The notes under the pieces were generated by a model that saw nothing but the letters and a program-made list of their open reading frames with translations, had not been told where the DNA came from and made no database searches. The position numbers and the translations under genes were made by a program. This document shows, piece by piece, positions 20,751 through 29,560 of a DNA stretch of 64,000 nucleotides. How positions within the stretch are numbered: position 1 is the stretch's first letter; each line of letters begins with the position of its first letter. Source of the stretch: Dehalococcoidia bacterium. GTDB taxonomy: Bacteria; Chloroflexota; Dehalococcoidia; Plut-88900. The stretch is from the NCBI GenBank assembly GCA_965197585.1, contig OZ240215.1, positions 1,344,001 to 1,408,000 on the forward strand. The letters run 5' to 3'.

Positions 20751-23040
20751 GCGCCTCGACTGCCGCCTGAACTTCCCCGGTCACCTCGCGGCTCAACTCA
20801 CTCAAACCCTTGGCGTCAGCTCCATCGGACCTGCCCGCGAAGCAGATAGGCTCCCCAAAACGTATGGAGACTGGATGCCGCTTCACTCTTACCGTACCTT
20901 TAGGCATCGCTTTATGTGAGTCCTTGATAAACGCGGGTACGACGGGGGCCTCCGACATGAGGGCAAGGAACCCTATGCCGTTCTTGAAGGGCTGCATCCT
21001 TCCCGGACGACCCCTGCTCCCTTCCGGGTAGAAAACCAGTGCGTGCCCCTTTTCCAGCACCGCCAACGCCAACCCGAGCTCCTCTCGGGACGTCCCCTTC
21101 CTATCGAAAGGGATCGCCGTGAACAGTCCCCTCACCATTCGAGACATGAACCCGTTTTCGAAGAAGTAGTCCTTTGCCGCCACGGGGTGGACTTTCTCAC
21201 CTCTCCGCCCGAGAGCGTGAAATATCACCGGCGTGTCCATGTGGCTATTGTGGTTCGAAGCAATGATATAAGGCCCGGAGTCTGGAATATTCTCAAGTCC
21301 CTCACACCGGAAACCCGTCCACCACCTGATCGCCGATCTCATAAGAAAGAACAGAGCTTGCCCCCAACACCTGATCCACAGTGGGACCTTGAACCACCGC
21401 TCGGCCTCTACTCCGAATCCGGCATCGGAAACGCGGGCGCCGTTCCCCTTGGGCTCAGGGTCCATGCCGAGCAGGTACTTCTTCACACCCGGAATATGCA
21501 CATCCTGAAGGTAGGACTCCCAGTCCAGCTTACCGATATCGAAGTCAAAATTCTCCTTATCACTCTCGTGAAGCGCACCCATCACACTGCGGGTGTTGTC
21601 GGTGAGAAACTTGCAGTCTGCCTCGGCATACGGTCCGTACAACCTGCCGTACTGGTACAGCCTTTCTAGTGACACCATCTTCAATTTCAATCTGTTATGA
21701 AAGCGTCGGGTCCAAGGTGTGAAGGAAAGAGGCGCGGTAGCTGTGATGGCGGCTCGTAGGGGAAGCATGTAGCGCAGGCGGATGTGGCGAAGGAATTTGG
21801 GAGTAGTAGGAAAGGTAGGTTTGGTGAGCTTCCTTGCTTTCCCCCCCTCGTCCCCCGACACCGGGAAAGGGGCCCTCTGGAAATGCGCATCAACCTGGTC
21901 GGCGAACCCATCTAGCGTTATCGGATTCTCCATCCCTGAGGCAATCTGGTACACCTTTGGAGAGTCATTTACCGAGGCCTGCGCGACGATGGCCAATATC
22001 GCGTTAGCCACCATGTCAACGGGGATGATGTCCAGAATTCCGTCTCGTTTGCCCGGGAAATCGATCATGCGGCCCCGTCCGTAAGCCACTATCAGCGGGT
22101 CGAGCATCCGAAAACCGTTCAGCCAGCCCGGTACAGGCGCTTTCCAGGCCCCTTCTATTATGGCCGGCCTGATAATCGCCCCTTTCATCCCTCCAATGCT
22201 CCGCACAAACATCTGCTCGCCCATCGCTTTGGAGAAGGTGTACACGTCCTGCCAGCCGCGCCTGTGAGCCCATTCCATGCCAATCTTGCTCAGCTGCTTG
22301 TCCAGCCGCTCAGACTCGGCACGGCTAACCTGCTCCTTTGCTCCCCTCACCGACCCCGCCTTAGCCAGAATCGCCTCGATCTCCTTTTCCACATCGTAGT
22401 CTGTCTGGGGAATGCCGTTGATGTGCCCGACAGTACGGTTCGGGTCAGGCAGCTCCTCCGTAACAGGCCCTTTGCGAGTAGCATTCACATAGCAGGTAGA
22501 AACTTGGGCAAAAAACGGGTCCTTACATCCCTTTGCGAACTCAACCATTCGGCCAGGGCCCAATGTGTTCAATCTCACTGCCGTATCCAAAGGCGCATCG
22601 AAGGAGACGACCGCGGCGCAATGAATGATTATGTCGACTTCGCTTTGTAAACGTTCGTAAATTGCCGGGTCCAGGCCCAGGCCATCCATCGCCACGTCCC
22701 CTGAGACGGCATGGACCTTGCTATCGAAGAGGCTGTCGAAAGCATCTCCCATCCTGTCTTTCAACGGCTCGAAGATCTGGGATTCGAAGACTTCCTGCTT
22801 GAGTCTCTCGTCTATGGATATAGCTGTGGCCCCGGCCCGTGTCCTGGGTCTGACAAGAACGTAGACAGCCGCGATATCAGAAAGAAGGCTGAGCATTCTC
22901 TCCAGGAGCACCTTGCCCAGTAGGCCGGTGCCCCCTGTGAGGAGCACAGTCTTTCCTCTGTAGAAATCTCGAAGTGGTTGCAAGGAAGCCTGCTGGATAT
23001 CGTCTAGGTAGGGTGCAGGATTAGGTAAGGTCACGTACAT
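20734..23040 (-). CDS. Fatty acyl-CoA reductase (male-sterility type) fused to PlsC-type acyltransferase
   Basis: N-terminal TGGTGLLGK, YTFSKA, IRPAII, DIIPVD; C-terminal NHNSHMD (HxxxxD) and FYPEGSR. Confidence 0.88.
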   Translation of the reverse strand: MYVTLPNPAPYLDDIQQASLQPLRDFYRGKTVLLTGGTGLLGKVLLERMLSLLSDIAAVYVLVRPRTRAGATAISIDERLKQEVFESQIFEPLKDRMGDAFDSLFDSKVHAVSGDVAMDGLGLDPAIYERLQSEVDIIIHCAAVVSFDAPLDTAVRLNTLGPGRMVEFAKGCKDPFFAQVSTCYVNATRKGPVTEELPDPNRTVGHINGIPQTDYDVEKEIEAILAKAGSVRGAKEQVSRAESERLDKQLSKIGMEWAHRRGWQDVYTFSKAMGEQMFVRSIGGMKGAIIRPAIIEGAWKAPVPGWLNGFRMLDPLIVAYGRGRMIDFPGKRDGILDIIPVDMVANAILAIVAQASVNDSPKVYQIASGMENPITLDGFADQVDAHFQRAPFPVSGDEGGKARKLTKPTFPTTPKFLRHIRLRYMLPLRAAITATAPLSFTPWTRRFHNRLKLKMVSLERLYQYGRLYGPYAEADCKFLTDNTRSVMGALHESDKENFDFDIGKLDWESYLQDVHIPGVKKYLLGMDPEPKGNGARVSDAGFGVEAERWFKVPLWIRCWGQALFFLMRSAIRWWTGFRCEGLENIPDSGPYIIASNHNSHMDTPVIFHALGRRGEKVHPVAAKDYFFENGFMSRMVRGLFTAIPFDRKGTSREELGLALAVLEKGHALVFYPEGSRGRPGRMQPFKNGIGFLALMSEAPVVPAFIKDSHKAMPKGTVRVKRHPVSIRFGEPICFAGRSDGADAKGLSELSREVTGEVQAAVEALDGKA

Positions 23041-23154
23041 TGACAGGGCTCCGCCAGACCCGACGCATTATAATTTCCACACGCCCACTCGTCCATTGTC
23101 ACCCATTCCCCCGAGGTTCAGAAAAGTAGCCGTTATCCCGAGAATCCCGAGCCC

Positions 23155-23739
23155 TTAACCACGCCTTGCTTGAGCATCAGCGGCCAAGTGTCGGGCCACC
23201 TCCATCAGTCCTGTTACCCGAATAACGTTCTCCCTGTATTGATATCCCCGATTCCTTGGCCAGTCCCTCAGAAACACCCTCGACAGCCCCTTCCGGGACA
23301 GAAGATCGGCAACCCGGCCATCGTCATCTACGAACTCCTCAATCCCGAGTTCCGAGCACATATGCCACTTGAAGTCGGGAGACCGCAACCCCAGGTTGTT
23401 CGAATGCACTTCGCGGAACAGTTCGAGAAATCCATGCGCTTTCAACCATCCCTCTATTAACCCCGCTCCAAGCCCGTTCCGGCTGGTAACCAATACCGGG
23501 GTTCGGAACTCGCTGATCGATTCAATTCCCTCCCGAGCATCCTCCAGTGGCCTGCGCCCATAGTACTTGAACTTCAGCAACCACCTCATTGCCACAAGCC
23601 CGATGCCCGAAGGAGTTTCTCTTTTCTTCGAGTTGAGTGGACGGCTCTCGTACGGCCCCGGCGCTATCGGTATGTTTAGTCCGAAGGGAGGTCGGCAAAT
23701 TACACCGTCCATATCTATTCCTATCAGGGGTTTATCCAT
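23155..23739 (-). CDS. HAD-superfamily 5'-nucleotidase-like protein
   Basis: GIDMDGV, VTSR, FVDDD. Confidence 0.7.
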   Translation of the reverse strand: MDKPLIGIDMDGVICRPPFGLNIPIAPGPYESRPLNSKKRETPSGIGLVAMRWLLKFKYYGRRPLEDAREGIESISEFRTPVLVTSRNGLGAGLIEGWLKAHGFLELFREVHSNNLGLRSPDFKWHMCSELGIEEFVDDDGRVADLLSRKGLSRVFLRDWPRNRGYQYRENVIRVTGLMEVARHLAADAQARRG

Positions 23740-23850
23740 ACGCCAGCCTTTTCGGATACCATGTGTTCTACGGTCATTTTACCTTGAATGCCACTTTAGA
23801 AAGCTGCCCGTGTGTTAGTATCGGATCGTAGCTGCAAGGGAGGAAGAGAC

Positions 23851-24726
23851 ATGAAACAGCTTGGCCCCGAGCAAGTTTGCCACAGGTTCTCCGCCGAAGA
23901 CCCGCCCGGCCTTCGCGTCGAGTCCGGGGAGGTCTTCTTGGTAAGGACGACTGACCGGTTCCGGAACGTCTCCAAAACCGACCCCGACTTCGCAAAGTCA
24001 GACGTTGTCAGGTCTATGAACGGACCCATTTACGTTAACGGGGTCCGCGCGGGCGACACCCTCAAGGTTGACTTCCTTTCCATGTCCCCCGCCGAGCCCT
24101 GCGCCTACGTCCTTGCCCTTCCGGGTCACGGGGCACTGGGGAGCCGGATTCCCAACTTCCTGATGGAGACCGTAGACGTCACCGGTCTAGACGCGGTGTT
24201 CCCGAATGGCACGTCGGTCCCCTTAAGGCCCATGCTCGGCTTGATCGGCGTGGCCCCCGAGCATGGGGAAGCAGGACTAAGTGCAACCGGGCCTTTCGGA
24301 GGCCTGCTCAGCATCACAGACGTCACGGCAGGCTCAACCCTCTACCTGCCCGTGTTCCACGACGGCGCATTCTTGTCTATGGGAGATTCTCATCTCGCTA
24401 TGGGAGAAGGTGAGGCCACGAGTTCCGCCGTCGAAGGTTCGATGAGTATTACCCTCCGAGCCTCGGCTTCTCAAGAGGTAGAAGTTTCAGGCCCCATGGT
24501 AGTGACTCCCGAGCACGTGATTAGCTTCGGAAGAGGGGTCACCATGGAAGAGGCTGCTCACGCCGCCACCTTGGCCATGGCAGACCTCCTTATGTCGCGG
24601 CTGAACATATCCGCCCCTGACGCCGCAATGCTCATCGGCTGCGCAGCAGACCTGCGGACCGCTCTTGCCCTCCGTTCCCCCTACAGCATGAAGATGCTCA
24701 TGCCCCTCTCCACCCTACCCCTCTAA
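23851..24726 (+). CDS. Acetamidase/formamidase family protein
   Basis: NGPIYVNG...GDTL, GDSHLAMGEGE. Confidence 0.88.
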   Translation: MKQLGPEQVCHRFSAEDPPGLRVESGEVFLVRTTDRFRNVSKTDPDFAKSDVVRSMNGPIYVNGVRAGDTLKVDFLSMSPAEPCAYVLALPGHGALGSRIPNFLMETVDVTGLDAVFPNGTSVPLRPMLGLIGVAPEHGEAGLSATGPFGGLLSITDVTAGSTLYLPVFHDGAFLSMGDSHLAMGEGEATSSAVEGSMSITLRASASQEVEVSGPMVVTPEHVISFGRGVTMEEAAHAATLAMADLLMSRLNISAPDAAMLIGCAADLRTALALRSPYSMKMLMPLSTLPL

Positions 24727-24751
24727 CCGCTCGCCCTCTCGCAATCAGAAT

Positions 24752-24788
24752 AAAGTTAGGGGCGGCTGGTTCAGCCGCCCCTAACTTT
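24752..24788. terminator. Bidirectional terminator
   Basis: Perfect 17-bp inverted repeat aaagttaggggcggctg/cagccgcccctaacttt between convergent genes. Confidence 0.8.
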
Positions 24789-24804
24789 GCCTATCCTACT
24801 TTTC

Positions 24805-25527
24805 CTAGTCCCTGGACACAAACCCTAGCAGGCTTAGGATGATCATGAATATGTTCAGAAAGTTCACGTACAACCCGATGCTTCCCATCACCGCAACTTG
24901 AGTCGCCGCCTCGTAGTTGCCCTGCTCCGCGGCCTGCAGGGCCAATACCTTCATCTGCTTCGTCTGCCACACCGTCAGCGCCAGAAACAACGGCAGCAAA
25001 ACAATATTTATCAGCAAGAACAGCATGCTGGATTGAAGAAGGAAGACGTTGACGAGGCTGATGACTATCAAACCGACTATGCCGATAATCAGCATCGGGC
25101 CCCATCTCGAAATATCCCTCTTGGTGATCATGCCGATTGCGCTCATGCCCACGAACAACCCAGCGGTCAGCAGGAACGCAACTGCGATGGTCTCGGTCGT
25201 GTATCGGGACACGATCCAGGAGAGGAACAACCCTTCCATGGCCGTAAAGGCAAGGTAGACCGCAGTGGCGGGTCCGGTGCGCCCCTTCATAGCCAGCCCA
25301 TTGGCAGCCATCAACATCCCAAATATCAACCCGAACCCCACCAAGAAACCCAACCACCCGATATTCAGAATGACGTCGCCGAGGCCTATCCTGTCCCCGA
25401 CCCATATGCCTGCGCCGGTGGTAATGATTCCCAAGGCCACAAGCCCGTACATCCGGGCCATGGCCCCTGTATAAATCTCGTTGGCTCGTTCCCTGCCGAA
25501 GCCGATGCTGTATTGGTCCCTGAGCAT
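24805..25527 (-). CDS. Bax inhibitor-1/YccA family membrane protein
   Basis: About 7 TM segments; C-terminal LYVNFLNIFMIILSL; start uncertain (25527 or 25578). Confidence 0.88.
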   Translation of the reverse strand: MLRDQYSIGFGRERANEIYTGAMARMYGLVALGIITTGAGIWVGDRIGLGDVILNIGWLGFLVGFGLIFGMLMAANGLAMKGRTGPATAVYLAFTAMEGLFLSWIVSRYTTETIAVAFLLTAGLFVGMSAIGMITKRDISRWGPMLIIGIVGLIVISLVNVFLLQSSMLFLLINIVLLPLFLALTVWQTKQMKVLALQAAEQGNYEAATQVAVMGSIGLYVNFLNIFMIILSLLGFVSRD

Positions 25528-25660
25528 GGGTCTCAAACTCCCTTCATCGGTACATACGGTCACCGCCAAATTATACATCGCGGGGTTTGCCCATTAGTGA
25601 TAGGTCAGAGGACAAGCGCCGATAAGGTGCAATTAAGGATTCGCCCAAGGCATGCAATGC

Positions 25661-26419
25661 CTAAGGGCCAGGCGAGCGAGTTGGGCTGTCCTGCGTAGGA
25701 CGGGGATGACTGCGTATCTCCGCCATCAGGAACGCCAAACTCCCGCGCCACAAGTTCACCTGTTCTTCGCCCCAATCGGGGTCGTAGTCCGGGAACTTGG
25801 CCAGAAGCTTCGTCATCATGTCAGAGGTGTGGGGTGGTTCCACGTGTCCCCCAACGGGCTCCAAGACTCGCACTTCGGGAGCTGGGGCTGGAGGAGCGCT
25901 CGAGGGCACTGCCCTCTTCCTAGGCCCCCGCGTCCCGGACTGCCTATCCCGCGGCGTCTTGAAATGCGGCGAAAGCTGTATCTCAGCGTCTTTGGCTATG
26001 CGAAGAAAGAAAGTCATGCCCTTTCGCCCTACTTCGTCCTGTGATCCGCCTGTCTTGAATTTCTCAGCCAGGTGATCGGGAGTTGCAGACCTGAGCATAA
26101 GTCCGTCCAGCACCGGCACGTACGCCCTTTCCACTACCTTATATAGCAGCCCCTTTGCCTCATCCTCCCCCGAAGACAGCAAGCTCTTGAGCGCATCCGT
26201 TGGGTGTCTTTGTGAATCCACCAACCCGAGAAAGGCCAAAGCCGATTGCAAATTCGACTCGGCCGAAGCGTTGACCTTCAGTTTCTTGAGGTAACTGTTG
26301 TCTATCCGGCTCGGCAAGTGTTGATTGGCAAAGTCCTCCCTCAACGTTTCCAATAGTCGTTGCCATTGGGAGTAAGGGGGATACGGTGGTCGCCTTTTGC
26401 CATTTTCTGACCCTGCCAT
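25661..26419 (-). CDS. DUF5343-like protein (putative DNA-binding)
   Basis: PPY...PSRIDNSYL...ALAFLGLVD...PT...AY...FFLRIAKDAEI pattern recalled for DUF5343. Confidence 0.7.
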   Translation of the reverse strand: MAGSENGKRRPPYPPYSQWQRLLETLREDFANQHLPSRIDNSYLKKLKVNASAESNLQSALAFLGLVDSQRHPTDALKSLLSSGEDEAKGLLYKVVERAYVPVLDGLMLRSATPDHLAEKFKTGGSQDEVGRKGMTFFLRIAKDAEIQLSPHFKTPRDRQSGTRGPRKRAVPSSAPPAPAPEVRVLEPVGGHVEPPHTSDMMTKLLAKFPDYDPDWGEEQVNLWRGSLAFLMAEIRSHPRPTQDSPTRSPGP

Positions 26420-26487
26420 GCCGTTTGTCCTTTGTCCGGCTTGTCTGGCACTCGTCCGTTGTGGCTATGATACCAGCCAAAAACGGT

Positions 26488-26677
26488 TAAGGCAATATAT
26501 GCCATCCCCGACAACTAAGGCAAAAGACAGTGGCATATTGGCCTTACAGCATTCTGGTTTTGCCTTAGTTTCACAGATGCTTTTTCCACGGCTAGAATGG
26601 CCTCATATTGCCTGAATTGCACCCGAGGCCGGGACATACACCGACCTTACGAGGCAAAGCCCACAAGGCAATATGCC
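26488..26677. repeat. Array of about 7 AGGCAA(TATG)-type motifs in both orientations
   Basis: Copies at 26488, 26513, 26532(rc), 26558(rc), 26604(rc), 26651, 26664; includes a perfect 13-bp inverted repeat aactaaggcaaaa/ttttgccttagtt. Confidence 0.75.
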
Positions 26678-26747
26678 GCCCGGCGGCAAGCGCTATCTCT
26701 TCCGGGATAGCGACCCGGACCGCAGTTCGAAAGGAGGGTTGAATAAA

Positions 26748-27875
26748 ATGGTCGTAGAGCAGTTGTTAACTAGTAGACCGATTTCCAGATTATCGGTCGA
26801 GAGGGCCCCGGCCCGGATTAAGGTGGTCGGCGTCGGAGGAGGCGGTTGTAACTGCGTCCGACGCATGCTGGCCCACAACGTCCCTGGCGTCGAGTTCGTC
26901 GTCGTAAACACCGATATCAAGTCACTGGAATCAGTGACCCACGGCGCCACCGTCCTCCAGATTGGTGAGAACATCACCCACGGATGGGGCGCGGGCGGAG
27001 AGTTCGACATCGGCGAGAAAGCTGCGGAAGAGTCTTCCACTCTTATAAAGAAGGCGCTCAAGAACGCCGAGCTCGTCTTCCTCACCGCCGGCATGGGCGG
27101 TGGAACCGGCACCGGCGCCGCACCCTACGTGGCCGAGCTGGCCAAGCAGATGGGCGCCCTTGTTGTCGGAGTTGTCACAACTCCCTTCAGCTTTGAAGGG
27201 ACCCGCAGGCTCAGCCAGGCCATCGCCGGCGTCGCCCGGCTCCGCCGCCACGTGGACAACCTCATCGTCATCCACAATGACCGGCTCCTCCAGTTTGTGG
27301 ACCACGATGCCGGGATGACCGAGGCCTTCCAGACCGCGGACGAGGTGGTCAGCCAGGGCATCGTCAGTGTCTCCGAGCTCATCAATGTCCCCGGTGAGAT
27401 CAACGTAGACTTCGCCGACGTCCAGACCATTATGTCCAGCCCCGGTGGCGCTCTCATGGCCATGGGACTGGGACGAGGCAGCATGGGCGCACTGGAGGCC
27501 GCCAGACAGGCAGTGACCAACCCCCTCCTCAACCTCTCCATCAGAGGCGCCAAGGGAGTCCTCTTCTCCGTCAAGGGCGGCGATGAATTGACCCTCGGCG
27601 GCGTCAACGCCGCCGGTGAGCTGATCAACAGCGCCGTCGACAAGAACGCCAGCATCTTCTTCGGAATGTCCATCGATCCTTCGCTCGGCGACATGGTGAA
27701 GCTCACCCTAATCGCCACCGGCCTGAAGCAGGACAAGGGCTTTAACTCCTTCACCGGGAAGTTCAAGGGACTGTTCCCCGGATTTGAGATGAAGGTGAAG
27801 GCCCCTGGCATCATGGGCCGGGGTAAGAAGAGGAAGAAGCGGTCCTCACAGTACGAATGGGACGACGACTTTTAG
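26748..27875 (+). CDS. ftsZ: FtsZ paralog (tubulin-like GTPase) with atypical C-terminus
   Basis: GVGGGGCN, GMGGGTGTG, T7 loop INVDFADV; AAGGAGG RBS. Confidence 0.93.
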   Translation: MVVEQLLTSRPISRLSVERAPARIKVVGVGGGGCNCVRRMLAHNVPGVEFVVVNTDIKSLESVTHGATVLQIGENITHGWGAGGEFDIGEKAAEESSTLIKKALKNAELVFLTAGMGGGTGTGAAPYVAELAKQMGALVVGVVTTPFSFEGTRRLSQAIAGVARLRRHVDNLIVIHNDRLLQFVDHDAGMTEAFQTADEVVSQGIVSVSELINVPGEINVDFADVQTIMSSPGGALMAMGLGRGSMGALEAARQAVTNPLLNLSIRGAKGVLFSVKGGDELTLGGVNAAGELINSAVDKNASIFFGMSIDPSLGDMVKLTLIATGLKQDKGFNSFTGKFKGLFPGFEMKVKAPGIMGRGKKRKKRSSQYEWDDDF

Positions 27876-27889
27876 GTAACCCAGGACTC

Positions 27890-27930
27890 GGGGCACGGGA
27901 GGCGACCCTCAACTCCACCTCTCGTGCCCC
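27890..27930 (+). terminator. Hairpin downstream of ftsZ
   Basis: ggggcacgggagg/cctctcgtgcccc stem; no U-tract. Confidence 0.45.
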
Positions 27931-28031
27931 CATCCTTGCCGCATCCTGAAATCGAGCCCGTCATCGGATACCGGATGCAACGATAGAGTAGGCCGAGAAA
28001 CCCGAAACTGAGAATTTGGCAGGTAGAAACC

Positions 28032-28787
28032 GTGGCTTTACAACAGACTCTCCCAACCCCTCAAATCCAGCTGGATCCGGTGGCAAAGATAGCTTTCGAA
28101 CGGCCTGCTTTGGCCCTCTGCTATCCCTCCCTGAAGCATGCCTCCCCGGCAGCCGAGTTGACTGCGAGATCAGAAAAGGACGCTGGCAGAAAAGGGGCCA
28201 ATCACCCCACCGTCACTCTTCTCCTTTCCAGCTTAATTGAGTTGGAGCGTAGGGACATGATTGCCATCGGGGCCTCTACATTTAGAGCCAACCGAGGAGA
28301 GGCAGGCGGCATCTGGGTTACCAAGAAGGTGCCCAATTGCCCCGGCAACGGAATGTCTTCGGACCTCTTCCACTGCATCACCCACGGTTACTCCTCCCTC
28401 AAAGATGTTCTCGCCCGCTACTTCCGAGACTCCTTCCGCCAGGACCCCTGGACCCTTGCCTCTACCCTAGGCATGCAGGAGGCAAAAGCCTACGGGTACC
28501 TGACCTCCCAGCAATGGCCCGCCAGTGGCATCAAGGGTTTCCTGAGCCGCATCGGCCTTTCCAATGACATCCAGACTCTATGGGTCAGGGACGGGCTGAA
28601 AGTTAGGGAAGCTACCCAGGCCTCGCGGCTCCTCAGAATTCATATAGACGAGTTTCGCACACGCTCCCGAGACTTATACGAAGGGATGCGCGTTGGCATA
28701 GCCGAGTCTATTAACAAGATGGATGAGCACCTGACCCCGCGGGTCATCAGCCTGCCAAAGCTCAAAAAGAGGTTTGCCGCAAGTTGA
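28032..28787 (+). CDS. Hypothetical protein
   Basis: 251-aa ORF with GTG start, followed by a terminator-like hairpin. Confidence 0.6.
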   Translation: MALQQTLPTPQIQLDPVAKIAFERPALALCYPSLKHASPAAELTARSEKDAGRKGANHPTVTLLLSSLIELERRDMIAIGASTFRANRGEAGGIWVTKKVPNCPGNGMSSDLFHCITHGYSSLKDVLARYFRDSFRQDPWTLASTLGMQEAKAYGYLTSQQWPASGIKGFLSRIGLSNDIQTLWVRDGLKVREATQASRLLRIHIDEFRTRSRDLYEGMRVGIAESINKMDEHLTPRVISLPKLKKRFAAS

Positions 28788-28835
28788 CCATATTTGACAA
28801 CTAACTCTCTTTCTATACCCTCCTCCCCCTTATAC

Positions 28836-28873
28836 AAAGGGCCCGACCTCCGCCAGTCGGGCTCTTTGTCTTT
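28836..28873 (+). terminator. Intrinsic terminator
   Basis: aaagggcccgac/gtcgggctcttt stem with T-rich tail. Confidence 0.65.
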
Positions 28874-29022
28874 ATCCTCGATGCCCTCCCACGACATCAA
28901 ACGTCAACTCCATGGAAGCACCCAGAGGGTTGCTCTGTTGCCATGACAAAGCAGAACGCCGGTGTGATCCACCGGCGCTCTGCTTACTTATTCAGTTATG
29001 GGGAGCGTGGATATCTGGGAGT

Positions 29023-29286
29023 TTAACTCCGCCCGACACCTTCCGACTCGGCGATCTTCCGCCGGACAACTTCATCTCGGGGATAGAAGATCGAGTCCTC
29101 GCCAATCACTCCAGCATCCTTTCGTCTCCGAAAGATGAAGAGCTTGTCCCGGGACGAACGCCCAAGCAAGCCGAGCGCCCCAGCCGTGCTGCCGAGTACG
29201 GCCAGACCGCCCAGGGCGATCCCCAAGCCTATGAATTTTCTTCTCTGGTTGATCTTGGTCTCTGCCTTATCGATTGTGGTGCTCAA
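29023..29286 (-). CDS. Small protein with twin-arginine-like motif and TM helix
   Basis: QRRKFIG followed by a hydrophobic helix; GGGAG RBS; TTGCAC-N16-TATAAT promoter at 29343-29370. Confidence 0.55.
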   Translation of the reverse strand: MSTTIDKAETKINQRRKFIGLGIALGGLAVLGSTAGALGLLGRSSRDKLFIFRRRKDAGVIGEDSIFYPRDEVVRRKIAESEGVGRS

Positions 29287-29480
29287 ATGCTACTCCCGGT
29301 GTGAACCCGCCTCAAAGGGTCGGGGCTTAGTTGCGTTCTCATATTATAAGCCTCTGACCAAGCGGTGCAACGGGTCGCATCGGTCCAAAGCGTCACAAAA
29401 GCACACTAACCCGGGCCCCGACGGTCGAAACCCTTGGAATCCCGCATACCACGCCATTTCAGACCTCGTTCAAAAACCCC

Positions 29481-29532
29481 TTGCAATCTCATTTTCGCCG
29501 TGATAATCTTCGCCCTGATAAACTCTTCACAA
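29481..29532 (+). promoter_or_regulatory. Sigma70-type promoter of the ACIII operon with possible Rex operator
   Basis: TTGCAA-N17-TAATCT with TGn extension; CTGATAA-actc-TTCACAA at 29515-29532. Confidence 0.5.
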
Positions 29533-29560
29533 AGTTTTTGGGCCGACTCCGGGGGCAATA

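Noticed and set aside
23757-23768. TACC-atgt-GTTC as a LexA box
   Set aside because: Left half-site has two mismatches and the flanking genes are not repair-related.
26488-26677. Motif array as CRISPR
   Set aside because: Units are short, degenerate, irregularly spaced and in both orientations.
28912-29503. Plus-strand ORFs 28912-29304 and 29135-29503
   Set aside because: No motifs or clear RBS; the opposite-strand 87-aa ORF has promoter, RBS and TM support.
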